Positions 46,322-52,919 of a stretch of 64,000 nt of DNA are shown here, in pieces (position 1 is the stretch's first letter; the number at the start of each line of letters is the position of its first letter). The translations under genes were made by a program, and so were the position numbers. The notes under the pieces were generated by a model. It had not been told where the DNA came from, ran no database searches, and worked only from the letters and a program-made list of their open reading frames with translations. The DNA is from an uncultured Clostridia bacterium. Its GTDB lineage: Bacteria > Bacillota > Clostridia > Christensenellales > UBA1242. The DNA lies in assembly GCA_944383375.1 (NCBI GenBank), contig CALWPG010000002.1, forward strand, positions 19,007-83,006. The letters are read 5' to 3'.

Positions 46322-47752
46322 TTGGCAAAAAAGAAAAGAGAAGAAGTTGATATAGACAACGCTGAAGTATCAATACAAAATGATAACAACAACATTAAAC
46401 ATAGTTTTAAACAAAAAATTGACGATTTTTTTAAAATTTCACAGAGGGGTAGCAGTTTTAAAAAAGAATTTATTGGTGGTCTCGTAAATTTTATGGTCAT
46501 AAGCTACATCATGGTTGTTATTCCAGGCTTGTTTAGTGGGATTGGAGGAGAAGGTCTTTGGAAAGCGCTTTTTGTTGCTACAATTTTAACTACTGTTTTG
46601 GCAACTCTTTGTATGGCACTTTGGGCTAATTTGCCTGTGATTTTAGCTCCGGGCATCGGGGTTGCAAGTTTTATTGTTGGGCTTATTCAAACTGGAGAAT
46701 ATTCATATAGTCAAGCAATGGCAATTAGTTTTATGGCTGGTGTGTTGTTTGTCATTTTAACAGTTACCGGTCTTAGAAAAAAAATTGTAAACGCAATCCC
46801 AAAAAGTATTAAATTGGCAATTCCTATTGGTGTTGGGCTTTTTATTTTAAACGTTGGACTTTCATCATCAAACAGTGGAATCTTGGATTTGATATCTGGA
46901 ACAGCCACTGGTTTTTCGGCAATAGTTGCTCTTGTTAGTTTCATCATAATGGCAGTTTTGTATGTAAAAAATGTCAAGGGAGCCATATTTTTTGGTATTT
47001 TGGGCGGTACTGTGCTAGATATCATTATCAAATTTTGTATTGGCATAAATCCATTTGAGGTACTTAGGACAAATAGTTATATTCCACCATTTGGCGAATT
47101 TTTTGAAAATAGCTTTTTGCAGTTTGATTTCGCTGGACTATTTGCAGGCAATTTGTTCTCTGCCATATCTAGTGTTGTCTTAGTCGTGTTTGCGGTGGTG
47201 CTTATGGACTTATTTGATACAGTCGGAACACTTCTTGCCACTGCACAGAAAGGAAATCTCTTTGATGAAAAAGGAGAGGTCATAAATCAGGGTAGGGCAA
47301 TGCTCGTGGATGGCTCCAGTGCAGTGGTTAGTTCTTGCTTTGGTATTCCAAATGCATCAAGTTATGTTGAGAGCACATCTGGCATAGCAAGTGGAGCAAG
47401 GACTGGACTAAGTGGCATATTCACGTCTTTGTTCTTTGCGTTGTCTTTGTTCATAAGTCCCATAATCATGCTCATACCAGTCTATGCTACGGCTCCGGCG
47501 CTCATTTTAGTAGGGATCTTAATGTTTGATGGCGTCAATAAACTTGACTTTACAGATCTAACCGTGGCAATTCCAGCAGTTTTGACGATGATAATGATGC
47601 CACTTACAAACAATATAAGCATTGGCATAGCCGTTGGTTTAATTTCTTATACCTTTATAATGATGTTAACTGGTCAATTTAAAAAGATTAATGCCTTTAC
47701 TTACGTAATCACAGCCTTATTTATTGTTTATTTTGTTACTTTATATATATAA
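46322..47752 (+). CDS. NCS2/AzgA-family purine permease (guanine/hypoxanthine/adenine)
   Basis: TTG start with GAGGTG SD at 46311-46316. FKISQRGSSFKKEFIGGLVNFMVISYIMVV is the PbuG/AzgA N-terminal signature. The protein is polytopic. Confidence 0.82.
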   Translation: MAKKKREEVDIDNAEVSIQNDNNNIKHSFKQKIDDFFKISQRGSSFKKEFIGGLVNFMVISYIMVVIPGLFSGIGGEGLWKALFVATILTTVLATLCMALWANLPVILAPGIGVASFIVGLIQTGEYSYSQAMAISFMAGVLFVILTVTGLRKKIVNAIPKSIKLAIPIGVGLFILNVGLSSSNSGILDLISGTATGFSAIVALVSFIIMAVLYVKNVKGAIFFGILGGTVLDIIIKFCIGINPFEVLRTNSYIPPFGEFFENSFLQFDFAGLFAGNLFSAISSVVLVVFAVVLMDLFDTVGTLLATAQKGNLFDEKGEVINQGRAMLVDGSSAVVSSCFGIPNASSYVESTSGIASGARTGLSGIFTSLFFALSLFISPIIMLIPVYATAPALILVGILMFDGVNKLDFTDLTVAIPAVLTMIMMPLTNNISIGIAVGLISYTFIMMLTGQFKKINAFTYVITALFIVYFVTLYI

Positions 47753-47802
47753 AATTATCCAAAAGTATGATTTAATTACGAAATCATTACTTGTGGATAA
47801 TT
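47753..47802. terminator. Long hairpin between convergent genes (probable bidirectional terminator)
   Basis: An outer 9-bp stem AATTATCCA (47753-47761) / TGGATAATT (47794-47802) encloses an inner GTATGATTT / AAATCATTAC stem. The flanking U-tracts are weak. Confidence 0.45.
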
Positions 47803-47833
47803 TGTGAACTATATATAAAATAGTTGAGAGTAT

Positions 47834-48043
47834 TTAAGATAATTTTTCTGTTATTTTACTCAATAATTTCAATGTCTGCTCATCTTTGACGTTGTTGGCA
47901 AGCGCAGTAATCAGTTTGAGTTGAGCTTTTTTGTCTTTATCTTGCTCTACTTTTTTTGCCATATCATTGAGTGCTTCGCCACAATATGGACAAAAATTGT
48001 ATTCATTTTCAATGTTTTGATTGCAAAAAGGGCATTTTTCCAT
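47834..48043 (-). CDS. Zinc-ribbon protein (69 aa) with helical K/E-rich tail
   Basis: CPFC-x13-CPYC at the N-terminus. AAGGAG SD inside the end of the upstream gene. It starts 4 nt after that gene's stop. Confidence 0.6.
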   Translation of the reverse strand: MEKCPFCNQNIENEYNFCPYCGEALNDMAKKVEQDKDKKAQLKLITALANNVKDEQTLKLLSKITEKLS

Positions 48044-48047
48044 TATT

Positions 48048-49232
48048 TTATTCTCCTTTTTCTTTATCTACAAGATTTTTGAAGTTAGGTTGATTATTAT
48101 AATAATTTTTTAATGCTTCGTCAATTTTATTTTTGCAAATTTGAGCCAATACATTTACTTCATTTTCTAGTTTTGCTTGTTTCTTTTCAAGTCCATAAGT
48201 TTGTGGGTTTATAAACTGTGTGGAACGGGCAATCTCCATCTTGTGGTTTTCATTGCCAAGAACCAATGTAAATGAGTTGTATCCTTTTGTGGATACCGTT
48301 GGCACATAACTTCGAGTTGCGTCCTTGTATCTCGCAAGACCAGATGAGAATATGACATTTGAATAACTTCCAACTGCGTTTTCAGAAGGTACAAAGATGT
48401 AATCCGCTTTTGCAAGCTCGCCATGTTGATTTACAGCGGCACGTTTGTTTCCTTCCATTGTCCTTGATGTGGTTTTTAAATTTGTGTGAATGGATATATC
48501 ATAATAATAAACTTTCCCATCAACTGTACGTTTGATATTAAACACCTTTTTGACACCCGGAACATATGACATTTTGACCCTTTTTGATTTCCCATTAGTC
48601 TTATTTACTGCATAGGAGAGCAAAACTTTGTTGTATTCGTCCAAAAGCGCATCTTTTAAAATATCACGGTTCAGTTTGCGCTTTGCCTGGTGTTCATCTC
48701 TGCCGTTCATTAGAATAATTTCATCTGCACCATTTTTTGCAACATATTCCAAATAATCTATAAGTTTATTTACACGTTTTTGAAGTCCCCAAAAAAGTAT
48801 TTTTCTATTTTCTATTGAGGCATTTTGCAAACTTGTAATGTTGAATTCTTTTCCAATAATATCTCCACTAAAGAAGACCAATGTCTTATCATTTGGATTT
48901 TTATTCGCCAGGGCGCTTTTAATCGCCTTAAATGACGATGCATCATCAACACCTTTTTGTGGATTAGACATGTCATATAAATTGAAATCGTGTAGGAAGA
49001 CAATATGCATATTTTTGTCTCCACGTACGTCAATGTCATGCTCCCAAACAAGTGGGATATCTTTTCTTTTGACTTCATTGATGTATTCACGAGTGCCAGC
49101 TGGGACGGAATTTGCGACTTCGTCATTTGTGGCTAAATTGACTTTTTCAAATTTCTTTCCGGTTAGAGCATACCAAAGCTGAACAATGTCATTTTGCTTT
49201 TGTTGATTGTTTTTCGGATTAAGATCTTGCAT
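48048..49232 (-). CDS. Degenerate metallophosphoesterase-like protein (394 aa)
   Basis: The motif order resembles the calcineurin fold, but with substitutions: IVFLHDFN in place of D-x-H, FFSGDIIGKE (GD), and MNGRDEH in place of GNH[DE]. GGGAGGG SD. Its ATG shares one nt with the upstream TAA (TAATG). Confidence 0.5.
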   Translation of the reverse strand: MQDLNPKNNQQKQNDIVQLWYALTGKKFEKVNLATNDEVANSVPAGTREYINEVKRKDIPLVWEHDIDVRGDKNMHIVFLHDFNLYDMSNPQKGVDDASSFKAIKSALANKNPNDKTLVFFSGDIIGKEFNITSLQNASIENRKILFWGLQKRVNKLIDYLEYVAKNGADEIILMNGRDEHQAKRKLNRDILKDALLDEYNKVLLSYAVNKTNGKSKRVKMSYVPGVKKVFNIKRTVDGKVYYYDISIHTNLKTTSRTMEGNKRAAVNQHGELAKADYIFVPSENAVGSYSNVIFSSGLARYKDATRSYVPTVSTKGYNSFTLVLGNENHKMEIARSTQFINPQTYGLEKKQAKLENEVNVLAQICKNKIDEALKNYYNNQPNFKNLVDKEKGE

Positions 49233-50371
49233 TACATATCCCTCCCATCACTTTCTTCTTTTGTTTTTTCACATAATTCTGCTGAAACCTTGTCTAGTGA
49301 TTGCTTTGACCAATGTTGCTTAAAAGTTTTGCTTGTTTCAAGAGCATACTTTTTTTGATACATAGCAAGAAGCATACTTTTTTCATCTTTTTCAATATCC
49401 AAGGCATTAAAAGCATTTATCATAGGTTTGTATTTTGGCTCTTGTGTTGCATTATGTTGTGTATGATAAGGGTTGATTTGCCAACTCAAATCATATACTC
49501 TGAGGTTTGTTTTGTCTCCAAACATGTTTTGAGCACCATAAATTGTGCTACCGTTTTGAAAACTATGTCCCATGCCGATAAACACCTCATGATTTTTGTC
49601 TCCAAGACGTTTTCCGTTTTTGTCATATACTGGCACAGGGACAGTGTAAAGAGCTTCTTGACCTTGATGAAGGTGTTCAATCATTATACCATCAACTAAA
49701 ATACCAATTTCGTCCTCAACGACTGTCACAAGCCTCAACGCTTTGTCAAGAGTACCTGCATCGTGGATGAATAGATAATTTTGATACTTGACTTCAAGTG
49801 TGTCAGGGGTGAGTAATGGTATGCTGTAAACAAGTGCGTATGGCACATAGTCAATGTCCAAGGCATCAGCAATATGGTGAGATAATGATGTGTCATTTTG
49901 TTTGTTTCTATTACCGTATTCGGCATCATGATTTCCACCGAGAATGGCTATTATTTTTGATTTTATTTGATCATCTTTTAATAAGTCATATACTACTTCT
50001 GGAGCCTCACTAGGTCTAACTCTATTGCCAAAAACATTTGTTGCGCAATTAGGGTTAGCATTGGCATTGTCAACACTGTCACCACCAATGTATATGTGTG
50101 CATTAAAACATTTCGAAACTTCAGAGAGTGCCAATTTGCACCTGTTGGCATCAAAACCTTGACCTCCGGCATGAATATCAGTTGCTGGAACCAACAATGC
50201 ATGCGAATTAACAGTCAGTGCCTGTTTTTTTATAAATTTTATTTCATCTGCACGAGAATCTTTACTTCGCTCAAGGATAAATTCTTTTTTTGAATTAAGC
50301 TCTGTTCTATCTGTCATAATACGAGGATTATTCGTATCTTGTGTAAAATTCGTGCTTTTTATAAATGACAT
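49232..50371 (-). CDS. Calcineurin-like metallophosphoesterase (379 aa)
   Basis: Full motif set in the canonical order: TDIHAG (DxH), IGGDSVDN (GDxxD), LGGNHDAEYG (GNHD), FIHD and IEHLHQG. AAGGAGG SD at 50376-50382. Confidence 0.75.
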   Translation of the reverse strand: MSFIKSTNFTQDTNNPRIMTDRTELNSKKEFILERSKDSRADEIKFIKKQALTVNSHALLVPATDIHAGGQGFDANRCKLALSEVSKCFNAHIYIGGDSVDNANANPNCATNVFGNRVRPSEAPEVVYDLLKDDQIKSKIIAILGGNHDAEYGNRNKQNDTSLSHHIADALDIDYVPYALVYSIPLLTPDTLEVKYQNYLFIHDAGTLDKALRLVTVVEDEIGILVDGIMIEHLHQGQEALYTVPVPVYDKNGKRLGDKNHEVFIGMGHSFQNGSTIYGAQNMFGDKTNLRVYDLSWQINPYHTQHNATQEPKYKPMINAFNALDIEKDEKSMLLAMYQKKYALETSKTFKQHWSKQSLDKVSAELCEKTKEESDGRDM

Positions 50372-50396
50372 TTTTCCTCCTTAAATTCACACATTT

Positions 50397-50425
50397 AGTC
50401 TAACACAGCACGCCACTTATGTCAA
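50397..50425 (-). promoter_or_regulatory. Promoter of the phosphoesterase operon
   Basis: On the minus strand: TTGACA (50425-50420), a 17-nt spacer, then TGtTAGACT (-10 at 50402-50397). Confidence 0.6.
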
Positions 50426-50485
50426 CCTACTACATGTTGCAAAGGGGGCATAAGGGTAATCAATATGTGGATTGTGTATTAACAA

Positions 50486-50766
50486 TTAATTATCCTGACC
50501 CTTCTTTTCTTTGCGATATTCAATTATGGTTGAGATTAGCATTACAAAATTTATAATGAATATTGCACTGCAAGGAAGGATGAAGACAAAAAATGTTATT
50601 AGATTAAAATTTTCTATATCTATGACTACCGACCATCCTATGATAAAAGCCCAAACGATAAGTGAAAAAACAAAATTTTCATTGTGTATGATACTTTGTC
50701 ACTTCCACTCATCACCAAATATGTTATCAATAATATAATGACTGCAATGCCAAATAAAATCTCCAT
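50486..50766 (-). pseudogene. Frameshifted small (about 93 aa) three-TM membrane protein gene
   Basis: From the ATG at 50766 the frame reads MEILFGIAVIILLITYLVMSGSDKVSYTMKILFF and stops at 50638. A second frame continues as LIVWAFIIGWSVVIDIENFNLITFFVFILPCSAIFIINFVMLISTIIEYRKEKKGQDN to the TAA at 50486. The switch is at a T6 run (top-strand A6, 50665-50670). Confidence 0.45.
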
Positions 50767-50903
50767 AATATATATTTTTTTAATAGCTCCTTTTCCACAT
50801 AATATCACATTTTTGATTACCAAACAATTTAGATTACAATTTAACATTTTAAGTAGCTAATTCAAAAAAAACTGTGAGCAAGAAAACTATTTTCATATTT
50901 GGG

Positions 50904-50932
50904 TTGACTTTTGGAATTCTTTTTGTTATCTT
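50904..50932 (+). promoter_or_regulatory. Promoter for tRNA-Gln(CTG)
   Basis: TTGACT (50904-50909), a 17-nt spacer, then TGtTATCTT (-10 at 50927-50932). Confidence 0.45.
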
Positions 50933-50963
50933 ATAAAAGTTATCAGTTGCAATTTGGGTTTAG

Positions 50964-51038
50964 TGGGGTATCGCCAAGCGGTAAGGCATTGGACTCTGAC
51001 TCCAACATCCGTAGGTTCGAATCCTACTACCCCAGCCA
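50964..51038 (+). tRNA. tRNA-Gln (anticodon CTG)
   Basis: The sequence is TGGGGTATCGCCAAGCGGTAAGGCATTGGACTCTGACTCCAACATCCGTAGGTTCGAATCCTACTACCCCAGCCA. It has a U1-A72 acceptor typical of tRNA-Gln, the anticodon loop CT-CTG-AC and an encoded CCA. Confidence 0.92.
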
Positions 51039-51084
51039 ATTTTAACTAATAATTGAGAATTGTATAAAAATGTTGAAAAAAGTC

Positions 51085-51113
51085 TTTACTTTTTTTTACA
51101 AGTTTTATATAAT
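51085..51113 (+). promoter_or_regulatory. Promoter for the tRNA-Gln(TTG)-tRNA-Lys pair
   Basis: TTTACT (51085-51090), a 17-nt spacer, then TATAAT (51108-51113), 12 nt upstream of the tRNA. Confidence 0.6.
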
Positions 51114-51125
51114 GTACAACGGCAT

Positions 51126-51200
51126 TGGGGTGTAGCCAAGCGGTAAGGCACGAGACTTTGACTCTCGCATGCGTAGGTTCAAATCCTGCCACCCCAGCCA
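51126..51200 (+). tRNA. tRNA-Gln (anticodon TTG)
   Basis: The sequence is TGGGGTGTAGCCAAGCGGTAAGGCACGAGACTTTGACTCTCGCATGCGTAGGTTCAAATCCTGCCACCCCAGCCA. It has the anticodon loop CT-TTG-AC and an encoded CCA. Confidence 0.92.
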
Positions 51201-51206
51201 TTTTGT

Positions 51207-51282
51207 GGTTCACTAGCTCAGTTGGTAGAGCACTTGACTTTTAATCAAGGGGTCCCGGGTTCGAATCCCGGGTGAGCCACCA
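51207..51282 (+). tRNA. tRNA-Lys (anticodon TTT)
   Basis: The sequence is GGTTCACTAGCTCAGTTGGTAGAGCACTTGACTTTTAATCAAGGGGTCCCGGGTTCGAATCCCGGGTGAGCCACCA. It has the anticodon loop CT-TTT-AA and an encoded CCA. Confidence 0.92.
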
Positions 51283-51306
51283 CAAGAAACCCTTTATTCA
51301 TATGAC

Positions 51307-51339
51307 ATTCAGAGCAATTTTGTGCCCTGAATTTTTTTT
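51307..51339 (+). terminator. Intrinsic terminator of the tRNA cluster
   Basis: ATTCAGAGCA-ATTTTG-TGCCCTGAAT (one A.C mismatch) followed by T8. Confidence 0.6.
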
Positions 51340-51366
51340 GATAAAATGCTCAATTTTGTTAAAAAA

Positions 51367-51400
51367 CTGTGTCAAAAGTTGTGTCAAAAACTGTGTCAAC
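51367..51400. repeat. Three tandem 12-nt repeats YTGTGTCAAAAR
   Basis: CTGTGTCAAAAG (51367-51378), TTGTGTCAAAAA (51379-51390) and CTGTGTCAAC (51391-51400). The complement carries three TTGACAC units. Confidence 0.85.
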
Positions 51401-51540
51401 TTTTTAAGTCTTTAGCCCTCTGGTATTTTGCCATAACTCTTGTTAAAATTATAATTACTTGATGAAATATTGTCGAGTGGAGCAAAGCAAGCACAAGTTG
51501 TGGCAAGCGAAACTCTAAAAAGAGCAACAAAAGCACTTGG

Positions 51541-51605
51541 ATTGAATTAAAAAATAAAACGAACTTTATACTTGAGAGTTGTTCTCTTTCAAGGTTCGTT
51601 TTATT
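51541..51605 (-). terminator. Intrinsic terminator after tRNA-Leu
   Basis: A 12-bp stem AATAAAACGAAC (51553-51564) / GTTCGTTTTATT (51594-51605) encloses an inner CTTGAGAG / CTCTTTCAAG hairpin. On the minus strand it is followed by TTTTAATT. Confidence 0.5.
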
Positions 51606-51611
51606 CTTGCT

Positions 51612-51694
51612 TGGTGCGGATGAAGGGACTTGAACCCCCACGGTTGCCCACAGGATCCTAAGTCCTGCGCGTCTGCCAATTTCGCCACATCCGC
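51612..51694 (-). tRNA. tRNA-Leu (anticodon TAG), class II with long variable arm
   Basis: The reverse complement is GCGGATGTGGCGAAATTGGCAGACGCGCAGGACTTAGGATCCTGTGGGCAACCGTGGGGGTTCAAGTCCCTTCATCCGCACCA. It has the anticodon loop CT-TAG-GA and an encoded CCA. Confidence 0.9.
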
Positions 51695-51709
51695 ATAATT
51701 GACTCAAGT

Positions 51710-51738
51710 ATGTTAACAAAATTTTATTTTTTTGTCAA
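51710..51738 (-). promoter_or_regulatory. Promoter for tRNA-Leu
   Basis: On the minus strand: TTGACA (51738-51733), a 17-nt spacer, then TGtTAACAT (-10 at 51715-51710). Confidence 0.55.
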
Positions 51739-51828
51739 CCCTTCAACATAAGAATTTAAATTTGTTATCGGCTATTTATAGATTTGCGATATTGACTATT
51801 TATGCTACAATATTTAAAAGGAGACGAC

Positions 51829-52365
51829 ATGGCATACTTTAATGGAACAAGAGCAAATTTGCCCATCAAACAATTTAAAACTGAATTATCAAAAGATGGT
51901 TATGTTTATGCGACAACAAGCAGGCTGGTTGCACTTACATACATTGCAAGAGTTATCCCAAATATGTTCACATCGCAAAAAGGCAAAGAGATTTTCATTG
52001 AACCAATTCCAAATTTTTTTGAAAAAACGACTAAAGGTGTCAGTGGCTATTTGTACACTTTAGAAGAGGAAGAGGGCTTTGAAGAATTTTTGCAAGGAAA
52101 ACGTTGTGGACATCAAAATGTTGTTAGAATAAAAAAAGATGTAGATGTTAAAAGTGTAGAGCATATAAAAGATATTTATGAAGAATTGCAAAAATACATA
52201 GAAAATGGAGAGCTTGAAATTTTGCGTTTTGAAACACTAAGTAGTGAGTTTGTCACAAATCTTCAAAAAATGCTGATATATTCTGCAAATAATCCACATA
52301 GAGAGATAGATGACTCAATAAATAGATTTTATGACATAGAAAAATATTTTAATGGCAAACCTTAA
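51829..52365 (+). CDS. Hypothetical protein (178 aa)
   Basis: AAGGAG SD at 51817-51822 favours the ATG at 51829 (MAYFNGTR...) over the track start at 51802. No family recognised. Confidence 0.55.
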   Translation: MAYFNGTRANLPIKQFKTELSKDGYVYATTSRLVALTYIARVIPNMFTSQKGKEIFIEPIPNFFEKTTKGVSGYLYTLEEEEGFEEFLQGKRCGHQNVVRIKKDVDVKSVEHIKDIYEELQKYIENGELEILRFETLSSEFVTNLQKMLIYSANNPHREIDDSINRFYDIEKYFNGKP

Positions 52366-52385
52366 TTTGGGGAGTATGTTTTTTT

Positions 52386-52831
52386 ATGAAAATTGTTAAG
52401 GTAAAAAATGAGAATAAAAGAAAATATATGAACTTATTACTTTTGGCCGATGAGTCGGAAATTATGGTCAACAAGTATATTGAAAATGGAAGTATGTACA
52501 TACTTTATGACCATGGAGTAAAGGTGAAATTTTAGTATTGGATGTTGGTAATAAAGTTTTGGAGATTAAAAATCTTGCTGTGTTGCCTGAATATCAAAAA
52601 AAAGGCTACGGCCGTATGTTGATTGATTTCGTGTGCCAAAAATACAAGAATTCATTCAAAGAATTACAAGTGGGTACTGGTGATAGTTTACTTACCATTC
52701 CTTTTTATGAAAAATGTGGTTTTGTAAGATCACATATAATAAAAAATTTCTTTATAGACAATTATGACCATCCAATAATAGAAAATGGTACAAGACTTAT
52801 AGATATGGTTTATTTAAAAAAACAATTATAA
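52386..52831 (+). pseudogene. GNAT-family N-acetyltransferase split by a 1-nt frameshift
   Basis: From the ATG at 52386 the frame reads MKIVKVKNENKRKYMNLLLLADESEIMVNKYIENGSMYILYDHGVKVKF and stops at 52533. The next frame continues KGEILVLDVGNKVLEIKNLAVLPEYQKKGYGRMLIDF... (the acetyl-CoA Q/RxxGxG/A motif) to 52831. One extra A in the A3 run at 52520-52522 would fuse the halves as ...DHGVKGEILVLDV... Confidence 0.65.
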
Positions 52832-52875
52832 AATATAAAAGTGAAAGGTAAAAAAATATTTATTTTACATACAAT

Positions 52876-52904
52876 TTGACAAAGCCCATTCAATATTGTA
52901 ATAT
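52876..52904 (+). promoter_or_regulatory. Promoter for argS with a very short leader
   Basis: TTGACA (52876-52881), a 17-nt spacer, then TAATAT (52899-52904). The predicted start site near 52911 lies downstream of the track's ATG at 52908. Confidence 0.5.
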
Positions 52905-52919
52905 TCAATGAGGCTTAAT

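Noticed and set aside
47755-47800. A perfect DnaA box TGTGGATAA (47792-47800) facing a near-box TTATCCAAA (47755-47763), plus TGTGGATTA at 17054-17062. I considered a possible origin or DnaA-regulated site.
   Set aside because: The two boxes are simply the arms of the hairpin between convergent genes. There is only one perfect 9-mer in 64 kb of AT-rich DNA, which is about what chance allows. No cluster, no AT-rich unwinding element with 13-mers, and no dnaA/dnaN nearby.
47753-51740. An integrated prophage or integrative element at the tRNA cluster.
   Set aside because: There are no integrase, recombinase, capsid or terminase-like genes, and no convincing long direct repeats matching a tRNA 3' end. 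Only island-like hints are present (a decayed gene, short repeats and an orphan operon), and those are reported separately at modest interest.
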